Source: Deltaproteobacteria bacterium (GTDB lineage Bacteria; Chloroflexota; Dehalococcoidia; Dehalococcoidales; BS750m-G39). Taken from it: 64,000 nt of DNA. Made by a program: the position numbers and the translations under genes. The stretch is from contig JAUVYB010000001.1 of NCBI GenBank assembly GCA_030603275.1, positions 19,832 to 83,831 of the forward strand, written 5' to 3'. This document shows positions 19,110 through 27,613 of the stretch, one piece after another; position 1 is the first letter of the stretch; the number at the start of each line of letters is the position of its first letter. The notes below the pieces were generated by a model, which had not been told where the DNA came from, ran no database searches, and saw only the letters and a program-made list of their open reading frames with translations.

Positions 19110-20345
19110 TCAAGGCAATTCTTTACGCTTCCACCCCGTTTCCTTCACGAAAATAAAAGCCACCAGTCCCAGAAGCCCAAAAGCCGCCCAGAGAAAGAAT
19201 GGTAAGGGCGATGCGGGATTACCGGGGTCGGCAAGGCTGTTACCCAGGGGGGGAGAAATAAGCGAACCGACATTGAGAACAGTCTGCACCAGCCCCATGG
19301 CCGTTGCAGCGTAGACTACCCCAATCCCCTTTGTCTCGGTGCTCATAGTCAGACAGACAGCCATAAACCCGTCACGAGCTACGCCAATCAATATCATCAG
19401 AACGCATACCATGGCGTTATCAACCAGCGGCAACAGGGCTACACCCACAATAGTAACTACCAGCACCGGGAAAAGAACCGCTTTTTTCAAACCAATCTTA
19501 GCGGATAACAGAGCCAGCGGGATGGCGCCCAGGGCACTGACCACACTAAAAGCGGCTAATGTGCCGTCAGCACTAGCTGCCGTCCAGCCGATATTACGAA
19601 GATAGGTAGGGAAATAACCAATCAATCCTTGAATACAGGCCGTATAACCTAACAGAGTCAAACCGAGAAGCCAGAGGGATTTGATAGGAAATACGCGTGA
19701 TATCGACTGGCGCAACGGCACACCACTTATAGAAATTGCTGTTCCAATCCCACCATGTTCCCTTACTGTGAAAAGCCACAGCAAGCCGATTATGACTGAT
19801 ATGCCACCGTACAAGAACAACACGTTCTGCCAGCCACCCAGTAACGGCGACAGTATAGTGGCACTAATCAGTGACCCCACGGTAAACCCTAATCCCATAC
19901 CGGCTGACACCGCGCCATTAGCAATCACGAGCCGTCTTCCTGAGAACCAGGTGGCGGTGGTCTTAAAGACACTGCTCGGTATAACCCAAACCGCCAGACC
20001 CATGAAGAAAGTGAACAATACCAAGCTGGGAAAGTCCCCGGCGATGCCTCTCAGGGCACCAGTCAGTCCCGCCAGTAGACAGGCAATACCCATAACACGC
20101 TTGGCCCCGTAGCGGTCAGACAGCAACCCACCGATGAAGACAATAAACAAACCAGCCAAGGCGGGTATACCCCAGATAACACCTATTTCCACCAAACTCA
20201 AGCCAAGGTCCTCTGATATCTCCTTGAAAAGGACCGTCATGCAAATCTGCTGCATGGCAACAGTAAAGGTGAAAGTTAGTGCTGCCAGGGTAAGCACATA
20301 CCACCGATGATTGGGTCTGTTGCTTTGGCTATTAAACATGCTCAC
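19110..20345 (-). CDS. MFS transporter
   Basis: 411 aa with about 12 predicted hydrophobic helices and the motif GGLLSDRYGAKR between TM2 and TM3. Confidence 0.8.
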   Translation of the reverse strand: MSMFNSQSNRPNHRWYVLTLAALTFTFTVAMQQICMTVLFKEISEDLGLSLVEIGVIWGIPALAGLFIVFIGGLLSDRYGAKRVMGIACLLAGLTGALRGIAGDFPSLVLFTFFMGLAVWVIPSSVFKTTATWFSGRRLVIANGAVSAGMGLGFTVGSLISATILSPLLGGWQNVLFLYGGISVIIGLLWLFTVREHGGIGTAISISGVPLRQSISRVFPIKSLWLLGLTLLGYTACIQGLIGYFPTYLRNIGWTAASADGTLAAFSVVSALGAIPLALLSAKIGLKKAVLFPVLVVTIVGVALLPLVDNAMVCVLMILIGVARDGFMAVCLTMSTETKGIGVVYAATAMGLVQTVLNVGSLISPPLGNSLADPGNPASPLPFFLWAAFGLLGLVAFIFVKETGWKRKELP

Positions 20346-20544
20346 TGCTGAAAAACGTCCCTAAACAACAATAAAACTTTCAGAAGATAGCCCATCGCCG
20401 TGGGGCTATAGAAAGTGTGGCCATTCCGGGGGCTAACGGAAATACCGAAGTTACTTCACCTGTAATTCAGGATGCTGCCTTCCAGGGCATGGAGCCACCC
20501 ATTGAAAGTGTATTCCGCCACCGGGGCAAATACCTTGGGTATTT

Positions 20545-20802
20545 TTAACCCCAAAACCACAGGGCACCACCCACCACCACCAGAACCAGACCAACAGACA
20601 GAGATATCCAGCCACCTATCTGCCCCGCCCCAATCCTCGGGCGCTGCGGCCAGTGTTCCAGAAATTCCCTGACATCGTGGCGACCGGCAAGAGAACTGTA
20701 ATATCCTTTCTCTTCACCCCTGCCCCAGCAAATCAGGATTATGCCCAGGATGACGAAAATACCACCTACGCCCATAAATATAAAATGATCGCTCAGAGGC
20801 AT
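20545..20802 (-). CDS. Small membrane protein (hypothetical)
   Basis: 85 aa with two hydrophobic helices. It starts 18 nt after the rplL stop, with AAGGGG upstream. Confidence 0.5.
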   Translation of the reverse strand: MPLSDHFIFMGVGGIFVILGIILICWGRGEEKGYYSSLAGRHDVREFLEHWPQRPRIGAGQIGGWISLSVGLVLVVVGGALWFWG

Positions 20803-20820
20803 AATTGAAACCCCTTAGCT

Positions 20821-21423
20821 TTATTTAACTTCTACAGTAGCCCCGGCTGCTTCCAGTTTCTGTTTTATGGTAGTTGCTTCTTCCTGATTAATCCCTTCTT
20901 TTACCGTCTGAGGGGCACTCTCAACGAAGTCCTTTGCCTCTTTCAGCCCCAGGGTAGTAACCTCTCTCACTGCCCTGATAACGCTGATTTTATTAGCCCC
21001 GATTTCTTTGAGAACAACGCTGAACTCCGTTTTCTCCTCAGCCGCCGCTGGAGCTTCAGCCGCTGCTGCCGGCGCTGCTACCGCAACCGGAGCGCTAACG
21101 CCGAACTCAGTCTGTAGCGCCTTGACCAGCTCTGATAGCTCAAGCACACTCATCTTCTTTATACTGGTCATTATCGCCTCAACGGCTGCCGAGCTCTTCA
21201 CCTTAGCCTTGGCTTTGGGTTCCTTTGTCTCAGCCTTGGCTTCAGGTTCCTTCACCTTGGCCTCAGCTTTAGGCTCTTTTACCTCAGCTTTGGCTTCAGG
21301 TTCCTTCACCTCGGCCTCAGCTTTAGGCTCTTTTACCTCAGCCTTGACTTCAGGTTCCTTCACCTCGGCCTCAACTTCAGGTTTCTTGGCTGTTTTTTTG
21401 CCCTTGGCTTCCTCTTCTGGCAT
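20821..21423 (-). CDS. rplL: Ribosomal protein bL12 (L7/L12) with a roughly 75-aa repeat-rich N-terminal extension
   Basis: Residues from about 78 to 200 are canonical L7/L12 ([21 protein letters not shown], an Ala/Pro hinge, and a C-terminal domain ending GATVEVK). The ATG at 21423 sits 5 nt after GAGGGAGGA at the end of rplJ. Confidence 0.9.
   Translation of the reverse strand: MPEEEAKGKKTAKKPEVEAEVKEPEVKAEVKEPKAEAEVKEPEAKAEVKEPKAEAKVKEPEAKAETKEPKAKAKVKSSAAVEAIMTSIKKMSVLELSELVKALQTEFGVSAPVAVAAPAAAAEAPAAAEEKTEFSVVLKEIGANKISVIRAVREVTTLGLKEAKDFVESAPQTVKEGINQEEATTIKQKLEAAGATVEVK
21200..21390. repeat. Coding tandem repeat, 54-bp unit (27-bp sub-period), about 3 copies
   Basis: Units at 21231-21284, 21285-21338 and 21339 onward differ by only a few bases. 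They encode KEPEAKAEV-type nonapeptides. Confidence 0.85.
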
Positions 21424-21424
21424 A

Positions 21425-21949
21425 TTATCCTCCCTCTAATTGCTGAATTCTTGCTTGTAACCCAGCTATAAGCCCCATCATTGGGGAAGTAAGCTGGCCC
21501 ACCAGAGCCGAGATAGGACCTTGCACCCCACCCACAACCATGGCCAATAACACCTCTTTCGACGGTAAGGCAGAAAGGGTGATTACCTCCTCCTTGGTAA
21601 GTAGCCTATCAGGTAAAAGGCCTCCCTTGATACTCATGGTGGCTTTTGAGTCCTCAATGTAAGTGGCTAAAGCTTTAGCCGGTTCAGTTATATCGCCATA
21701 GCCAAAAGCAATCGCCACCGGCCCATCAAGGAAACCGAACAGTTCTTCCCTGCCCGATTTCTGGGCGGCAAACCGGGCCAGCGTGTTCTTCACCACCTTA
21801 TACTCAATCCCCGCCTCCCTCAGCCGGCGCCGCAACTGGGTCATCTCGTTAGCTGATTGACCCCGGTAATCGGTCAGAATAGCAACGCTGCACCGAGAAA
21901 ATAGCTCCTGCAGACTATCGATAATCGCTGTTTTCTTTTCCCTGGACAT
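21425..21949 (-). CDS. rplJ: Ribosomal protein uL10
   Basis: 174 aa with typical L10 sequence ([25 protein letters not shown]) immediately upstream of rplL. Confidence 0.95.
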   Translation of the reverse strand: MSREKKTAIIDSLQELFSRCSVAILTDYRGQSANEMTQLRRRLREAGIEYKVVKNTLARFAAQKSGREELFGFLDGPVAIAFGYGDITEPAKALATYIEDSKATMSIKGGLLPDRLLTKEEVITLSALPSKEVLLAMVVGGVQGPISALVGQLTSPMMGLIAGLQARIQQLEGG

Positions 21950-21987
21950 TGCCCTTTACCCCCAATTAACACTATAAATATTCACCT

Positions 21988-22024
21988 AAAAAAGCAGGCC
22001 CTTGCGCCTGCCGCACAAGGGCCT
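21988..22024 (-). terminator. Intrinsic terminator or attenuator hairpin between the DUF35 gene and rplJ
   Basis: On the minus strand, AGGCCCTTG (11-nt loop) CAAGGGCCT forms a 9-bp stem followed by GCTTTTTT. It ends about 38 nt upstream of the rplJ ATG. Confidence 0.6.
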
Positions 22025-22127
22025 ATAATTCAAGCCCTTTGTATCCTCGGCAGGCAGTTCATTAAGCCTCAACTGGCACCCGCTGTCTCAGGAAACCTGT
22101 TTTATCCTGTTATTTTATTCTATTTTA

Positions 22128-22616
22128 CTACTTTACCGGCTCAAAAGCAAAAAACACCCTCGGCGCCTCCTCCATCACACCGCCCCTTTTTTCTATTATC
22201 ATCGGCGGTACATCATAGACAGCCAGCTTGACGGTATCGCCTTCTTTAAGCTGCCCCTCTTTGCAGTTAATGACGCGGGAGATAAGCTTGCGCCCGTCCT
22301 CCAGTTCAATACGGGCGTGAATCAGAGGTGACTCAAAGCCGAGAGGGACTCCGGCTAACTCTTCGGTAAACCGAAGCACCTTGCCCTTAGTGGGCAGGTC
22401 AACCCACTCCAGGGAATCGGAATTACACTTCGGGCAGACCACCCGCGGCGGGAAAGACACGGTGCCGCATTTGGTGCACTTGGTGGTGGTAAAGCGGTTC
22501 TCCCTCAGGTTTTCGTAAAACTGGTGAACACGGTTAAACTCTTTAGCCTCGAAAGGATACATATCCAGAGTCGATGGGTATAAACCTTCTAAAATCGGTA
22601 CTCCCGGTACTGGCAT
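22128..22616 (-). CDS. DUF35 OB-fold/zinc-ribbon protein (thiolase partner)
   Basis: 162 aa with the zinc ribbon CTKCGTVSFPPRVVCPKCNS followed by an OB-fold-like region. Confidence 0.8.
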   Translation of the reverse strand: MPVPGVPILEGLYPSTLDMYPFEAKEFNRVHQFYENLRENRFTTTKCTKCGTVSFPPRVVCPKCNSDSLEWVDLPTKGKVLRFTEELAGVPLGFESPLIHARIELEDGRKLISRVINCKEGQLKEGDTVKLAVYDVPPMIIEKRGGVMEEAPRVFFAFEPVK

Positions 22617-22654
22617 AAACTTACCCCCTTATAATCTAGCGTTAATACTCTCTC

Positions 22655-23836
22655 TTAGGGCTCTCTACCGTAGATGAGTATGGTATGCTCAACGTTAAGG
22701 CCGCTCAGGTTATGGGTCAACCCTATCTTGGCGTCCTTCGCCTGATTTATCGCCCTGCCCTGCAACTGGAAGAAAATCTCCATCGCCTGGCGGATGCCGG
22801 TGGCACCAAAAGGATGGCCGCAGGAGAGCAGGCCGCCATCGGTGTTTACCGGAACCTTACCACCGAAATCGTTCTGTCCCGATTCTACAAAAGCACCCCC
22901 CTCCCCCTTCCTGCAGAACCCAAGGTCCTCCATCTCGATAATCTCCGAGATAGTGAAGCAATCGTGGGTCTGGGCAACATCGACATCTTCGGGACTGACC
23001 CGCGCCCTCTCGAAGGCCTTCTTAGCGGCGGTTCTCAGGTGAACCCAGTCGGACAGGTCTTCACCGAGCCAGTTCATCGACATACTGTGAAGAGAAGCCT
23101 GAGCCGTCCCCCGGATATAGACCAGGGGTCTATCGGTAAGCTCTTTGGCCTTATCCTCACTGACCAATATCACGGCGGCACAGCCGTCGGTGATAGGGGT
23201 ACAGTCAAACAGGCCGAGGGGCGGCACCACCGCCCTGGCATTTATCACCTCTTCTATGGTAACCGCTTTCTGGAACTGCGCCTTGGGGTTGTTGGCACCG
23301 TTACGGCGGTTCTTCACCGAGACAGCCGAAAGCTGCTCCTTGGTCGTGCCGTAGCGCTTCATATGATCCTGGGCAGTCATGCTGAAGAATGGGGGCGGCA
23401 GACCCATACCCTGGGCACCATCCCAATCATGGTCGATGGAAGCCATCTCGCTGTAATAGGTTTCCCAGCGCTGCGGCGTATATAGCTTCTCGCCGCCGGA
23501 TACCATCACCACATCGGCCATCCCTGCTTTTATCAGGCCAGTAGCCATGATAATGCCCGAACTACCACCGGCGCAGAGGGTGTCCACCCTGGTGCAGATG
23601 CTAGTCGGCTTGATACCGATGCGCTCGGCGACTACCGGAGCAGCGTTAACCTGGAAGGCGCTCCGTCCGCAGTAGGAAGAAGCAAAGATAAGGCCGTCTA
23701 TGTCATCTTTCTTCAGTGCCGGTACATCGTCAAAACAATCCTTAGCTGCTTCCTGAGCCATGTCTATTATGCTTGCCTCTCTAACCCCCCACCGATCCAT
23801 ACCCGCGCCGACAATACAAACATTTCTATCCGCCAT
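22655..23836 (-). CDS. Thiolase-like protein (SCP-x / lipid-transfer-type thiolase family)
   Basis: 393 aa with a thiolase fold, an active-site Cys context (TLCAGGSSG) and C-terminal GHPFGATG and NLSG motifs. Confidence 0.8.
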   Translation of the reverse strand: MADRNVCIVGAGMDRWGVREASIIDMAQEAAKDCFDDVPALKKDDIDGLIFASSYCGRSAFQVNAAPVVAERIGIKPTSICTRVDTLCAGGSSGIIMATGLIKAGMADVVMVSGGEKLYTPQRWETYYSEMASIDHDWDGAQGMGLPPPFFSMTAQDHMKRYGTTKEQLSAVSVKNRRNGANNPKAQFQKAVTIEEVINARAVVPPLGLFDCTPITDGCAAVILVSEDKAKELTDRPLVYIRGTAQASLHSMSMNWLGEDLSDWVHLRTAAKKAFERARVSPEDVDVAQTHDCFTISEIIEMEDLGFCRKGEGGAFVESGQNDFGGKVPVNTDGGLLSCGHPFGATGIRQAMEIFFQLQGRAINQAKDAKIGLTHNLSGLNVEHTILIYGREP

Positions 23837-23859
23837 GTTAAAACCTCCTTAAATATCGC

Positions 23860-24273
23860 CTAACCCTTTATAAATTCGTAGGCAATCCTGCCCTCAGGCA
23901 GTTTCACCGGGCTGACCGTTAAATTCATGCCGATCGTGATATCCTTCTCCTCAATATCCCGGCTCAATCGGGCCAGGATCTGTATGCCCTCATCAAACTT
24001 AGCCAGAGCCAGAATATAGGGAGCGTCGTTCTCAAAACCGCTGGGACCGTAATTTACCACAGTATAACTTGCGAGCTTACCCTGGCTCTTAACTTCGAAC
24101 CACTCCACATCGCTGGAAAGGCACTTCGGGCAATCCGCCTTGGGTGGAAAGTAGCTACCCCCGCACTTCCGGCATCTGGTGGCCATTACCTTGCCTGCCT
24201 CCAGTTGGGTTATAAAATCAGCCACCTTGGCTTCGGCAGTAAAGCTAACCGTGCCAAAATTCTCAAAGCCCAT
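23860..24273 (-). CDS. DUF35 OB-fold/zinc-ribbon protein (thiolase partner)
   Basis: 137 aa with the zinc ribbon CRKCGGSYFPPKADCPKCLS. Confidence 0.8.
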   Translation of the reverse strand: MGFENFGTVSFTAEAKVADFITQLEAGKVMATRCRKCGGSYFPPKADCPKCLSSDVEWFEVKSQGKLASYTVVNYGPSGFENDAPYILALAKFDEGIQILARLSRDIEEKDITIGMNLTVSPVKLPEGRIAYEFIKG

Positions 24274-24279
24274 TTAAAG

Positions 24280-25431
24280 CTACCTCCTCAAAATGGTTAC
24301 GTTGCCGTATTGCCCGACGCCACCGATATTATGCACCAGGCCTATCTCTGCGTCCTTCACCTGAGCCTCGGTGGCCTCCCCCCGCAGCTGGCGGACAATA
24401 GTCCGAATTTGCGAGCCGCCGGTAGCGCCTATCGGGTGTCCTTTAGATAACAAACCGCCGTCGACATTTACCGGTATCTTGCCATCGGCATAGGTCTCTT
24501 TATTCTCAATCAACCCCACTCCCTCCCCGGGCTTGGCAAAGCCCAGGTCTTCATAAGCCAGAAGCTCGGAAACGGTAAAACAATCGTGAACCTCGGCCAC
24601 ATCAATATCCTGAGGTTTAACACCGGCCATCTTATAAGCCTGCCTAGCAGCCTCCTGAGCACACCGCAGTCCGGTAAGCGATTCCCTGCCGGCCATGGTC
24701 ATGGTATCAGTGGCCGCCCCCAGACCGGCAACCCAGATGGGGGTTTTGCTTATACTCTTGGCAACATCGCCTCTGGCCAGGATAACGCAGGAGGAGCCGT
24801 CGGCATTGGCGCAACAATCAAACTTCTTCAGCGGGCTGGTTATCATCTCCGAGTTCAAAATAGCCTCCAGGCTCAGCTCCTTGCGGTAGTTGGCCTTGGG
24901 ATTGTCCACCCCGTAGTGGGAGTTCTTGACCCGCACCTTGGCTAAGTGCTCCTCGGTAGTCCCGTACCTGGCCATATGAGCCCGGGCGTACATGGCATAG
25001 CCAGCGGGCATGGTTATCCCAAAGGGGGATTCCCAGATTATATCTCCCCCCCGGCCCATCCTCTCGGCAGCGTCACGGGAGGAAAGCTCGGACATCTTCT
25101 GAAAACCTATCACCGCCACCGTCTTGTGAAGCCCCGCCTTTATCAGTGACCAGGCTACTCTTAAACCCGTGCTGCTGGAGGAACAGACCGTCTCCACATA
25201 GAAGGTCGGCTTGGGGGTCAACTCCAGATACTCCGATATTAAGCCCGATGGTGAGCGCTGTTTATCATATTCCGGCGCCGAGCAAACAACAGAGGCATCT
25301 ATATCATTACCGGTGATATCCAGGCCCTCCAGTGCCTCCTTATAAGCCTCAAAACATAACTCCCGGATAGATTCACCGCAGCTACGACTAAAAACGCTCT
25401 GACCAGCACCGATGACAGCAACATCTTCCAT
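24280..25431 (-). CDS. Thiolase-like protein (SCP-x / lipid-transfer-type thiolase family)
   Basis: 383 aa with VCSSSSTG, GHPIGATG and NIGG motifs. It starts 31 nt after the rplA stop, with AAAGGGGA upstream. Confidence 0.8.
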   Translation of the reverse strand: MEDVAVIGAGQSVFSRSCGESIRELCFEAYKEALEGLDITGNDIDASVVCSAPEYDKQRSPSGLISEYLELTPKPTFYVETVCSSSSTGLRVAWSLIKAGLHKTVAVIGFQKMSELSSRDAAERMGRGGDIIWESPFGITMPAGYAMYARAHMARYGTTEEHLAKVRVKNSHYGVDNPKANYRKELSLEAILNSEMITSPLKKFDCCANADGSSCVILARGDVAKSISKTPIWVAGLGAATDTMTMAGRESLTGLRCAQEAARQAYKMAGVKPQDIDVAEVHDCFTVSELLAYEDLGFAKPGEGVGLIENKETYADGKIPVNVDGGLLSKGHPIGATGGSQIRTIVRQLRGEATEAQVKDAEIGLVHNIGGVGQYGNVTILRR

Positions 25432-25462
25432 TAGGCATCCCCTTTATAAGACTATTGTATTA

Positions 25463-26176
25463 TCAACCAGAGGTTAACGATAAGGTTGGTTTCAGATCAA
25501 GCTTTATGCCAGGTCCCATAGTAGTAGTCAAAGAAGCGGTCTTGATATACTGGCCCTTGGCACCGGCAGGCTTAGCCCGGGATATTGCCTCAATCACAGC
25601 GGTAAGATTGCCCATCAGCTTATCAGCCTCAAAACTAACCTTACCCAGCGAGACATGAATAATAGCCGTCCTGTCCAGTTTAAACTCCACCCGCCCCTGG
25701 CGGGCCTCGTTGATTGCCCGGGGCAAGTTTTCGCCAGCCACAACCGTCCCCGACTTGGGGTTAGGCATCAGTCCCCGCCTCCCCAGAATTTTCCCCAGCC
25801 GGCCTACCTTACCCATCATATCCGGGGTAGCTATAGCAGTATCAAAATCCAAAAAGCCACCATCAATCTTCTTAATCAAATCATCGCCACCCACCAAATC
25901 AGCCCCAGCGGTCTCGGCGTCTCTGGCCGCTTCACCTTGAGCAAAAACCAGAACCCGCACCTTTTTGCCCAGACCATGGGGCAAAAGAGCCACACCGCGC
26001 ACCTGCTGGGTAGCATCACGGGGGTCAACACCCATCCGCAGGTGAAGCTCAACCGTCTCATCAAATTTGGAGTAAGCCACCTTCTTGGCCAGCTCAATAG
26101 CCTCCAGGGGAGGATAAAGCTGGGCACTGTCTACCAGACCGACCGCTTCATTATATTTCTTACCGTGTTTAGTCAA
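25463..26176 (-). CDS. rplA: Ribosomal protein uL1
   Basis: 237 aa with typical L1 sequence (GKKYNEA..., [15 protein letters not shown]). Confidence 0.95.
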   Translation of the reverse strand: MTKHGKKYNEAVGLVDSAQLYPPLEAIELAKKVAYSKFDETVELHLRMGVDPRDATQQVRGVALLPHGLGKKVRVLVFAQGEAARDAETAGADLVGGDDLIKKIDGGFLDFDTAIATPDMMGKVGRLGKILGRRGLMPNPKSGTVVAGENLPRAINEARQGRVEFKLDRTAIIHVSLGKVSFEADKLMGNLTAVIEAISRAKPAGAKGQYIKTASLTTTMGPGIKLDLKPTLSLTSG

Positions 26177-26178
26177 CG

Positions 26179-26604
26179 TTATTCCACCTCAATACCCATA
26201 CTTTGGGCGGTGCCCTCAATAATTCGCTCCGCCCCTTCAATACTGCCAGCATTCAAATCCTTAGCCTTAAGTTGGGCTATCTCCCGGAGTTGGGCTCGAG
26301 TTATCTTACCCACCTTTTCATGCCCGGGACCGGTTGAGCCCTTTTCTATGCCCAGCGCTTTTTTGAGCAAATCGGTAGCCGGCGGCGTTTTGGTAATAAA
26401 GGTAAAAGAGCGATCCTCAAATACGGTTATTTCCACCGGAATAATAGAACCTTCCTGGCTGGCAGTACGCTCGTTGTATTCCTTACAGAAGGCCATAATA
26501 TTAAGCCCATGCTGTCCCAGGGCAGGTCCTACCGGCGGCGCCGGATTAGCCTTCCCCGCTGGAATCTGTAGTTTAATGACAGTTACAACCTTCTTTTTGG
26601 CCAC
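26179..26604 (-). CDS. rplK: Ribosomal protein uL11
   Basis: 141 aa starting [33 protein letters not shown]. Confidence 0.96.
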   Translation of the reverse strand: MAKKKVVTVIKLQIPAGKANPAPPVGPALGQHGLNIMAFCKEYNERTASQEGSIIPVEITVFEDRSFTFITKTPPATDLLKKALGIEKGSTGPGHEKVGKITRAQLREIAQLKAKDLNAGSIEGAERIIEGTAQSMGIEVE

Positions 26605-26613
26605 TTTGCCTCC

Positions 26614-27159
26614 CTAAAGCTTCTCCACCTGCAAAAAATCAAGCTCTACCGGCGTCTCCCGCCCGAAAAGGGAAAGGAGCACTCTTACCTTACCCTTATC
26701 CATACTGATTTCACTCACCACCCCAACAAAATCAATAAAGGGACCGCTGGTCACCCGCACACTCTGCCCTTTACGGAAACCAACCCTGACCCTTGGTGCT
26801 TCCGCCTCCATCTGTTTCAAAATTTTATTAACCTCCTCTTCCTCAAGAGGAGTCGGCTTATTACCGCTACCAACAAAACCAGTGACACCGGGGGTATTAC
26901 GCACTATATTCCAGCTCTGGTCGCTCAGCTCCATCTGAACCAGAATATAACCGGGCAGTATCTTTTTATCCACATTGCGCCGCTGCCCGTTCTTAACCTC
27001 AATCTCCACCTCAATCGGTATAACCACCTGGGAGATTTCCTCCCCGCTGTCCATGTACTTAATACGTTGCTCCAGATTCTTCTTAACTCGTTCTTCATAC
27101 CCGGAGTAGGTATGAACCACAAACCAACTTTTCTGATTCCCTTCCACCGATAACCTCAT
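26614..27159 (-). CDS. nusG: Transcription termination/antitermination factor NusG
   Basis: 181 aa with an NGN domain (WFVVHTYSGYEERVKKNLE) and a KOW domain (GQSVRVTSGPFIDFVGVV). Confidence 0.95.
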   Translation of the reverse strand: MRLSVEGNQKSWFVVHTYSGYEERVKKNLEQRIKYMDSGEEISQVVIPIEVEIEVKNGQRRNVDKKILPGYILVQMELSDQSWNIVRNTPGVTGFVGSGNKPTPLEEEEVNKILKQMEAEAPRVRVGFRKGQSVRVTSGPFIDFVGVVSEISMDKGKVRVLLSLFGRETPVELDFLQVEKL

Positions 27160-27198
27160 TCAGACCAAGACTCCTTAAAAAAGCCAGGCTAGAAGCTT

Positions 27199-27408
27199 CT
27201 ATCCGCCCAGAAAGAATTTATCGACCAGGTTGGTAAAACCAAAATCAAAGGCTCCCAGAAGTAAAGCCACTATAACAGCCACAATTAGCACCATAAAGGT
27301 CAAATAAGCCGCCTCTCGTCTGGTGAGCCAGACTACCTTTTTTAACTCGGCTATGGTTTCACCAATAATACTAAACCTAGAACGTTTGGAAGTAGCACGA
27401 TGAGTCAT
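27199..27408 (-). CDS. secE: Preprotein translocase subunit SecE
   Basis: 69 aa with ELKKVVWLTRRE followed by a single TM helix. Positioned between rpmG and nusG. Confidence 0.85.
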   Translation of the reverse strand: MTHRATSKRSRFSIIGETIAELKKVVWLTRREAAYLTFMVLIVAVIVALLLGAFDFGFTNLVDKFFLGG

Positions 27409-27443
27409 GAAAGATCCTCACATACCTTTTTAGTTGCCGACCG

Positions 27444-27611
27444 CTACTTTGTCTCCTTATGGAGAGTATGAGTGCGACAACGGGGGCAATACTTCTTGAG
27501 TTCCAACCTCTGAGAGTCGTTGCGCCTATTCTTACTAGTAGTATATGTTCTCTCCCTGCATTCGGTGCAGGCAAGATAGATAATATTCCTGGCTTCAGCC
27601 TTTCTCGCCAT
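27444..27611 (-). CDS. rpmG: Ribosomal protein bL33
   Basis: Absent from the ORF track, so I translated it by hand. It gives 55 aa: [55 protein letters not shown]. Confidence 0.9.
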   Translation of the reverse strand: MARKAEARNIIYLACTECRERTYTTSKNRRNDSQRLELKKYCPRCRTHTLHKETK

Positions 27612-27613
27612 CT

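Noticed and set aside
20346-20544. Small hairpins (ATAGCCC/GGGCTAT at about 20385-20407 and AAATACC-TTG-GGTATTT at 20527-20543) between the small membrane protein gene and the MFS gene.
   Set aside because: Neither is followed by a U-run on the transcribed (minus) strand. The stems are short and AT-rich, so evidence for a terminator or regulator is insufficient.
25655-26617. Long antisense ORFs in the track: 25655-26617 (320 aa), 33299-34009 (236 aa), 61537-62343 (268 aa), 8145-8987 (280 aa), 22685-23485 (266 aa) and many shorter ones.
   Set aside because: Each lies entirely opposite a confidently identified conserved gene (rplA/rplK, trpC/trpF, ileS, glcD-like, thiolase). They have low-complexity Pro/Ser/Arg/Gly-rich composition and no RBS. 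These are typical shadow ORFs in GC-rich coding DNA.
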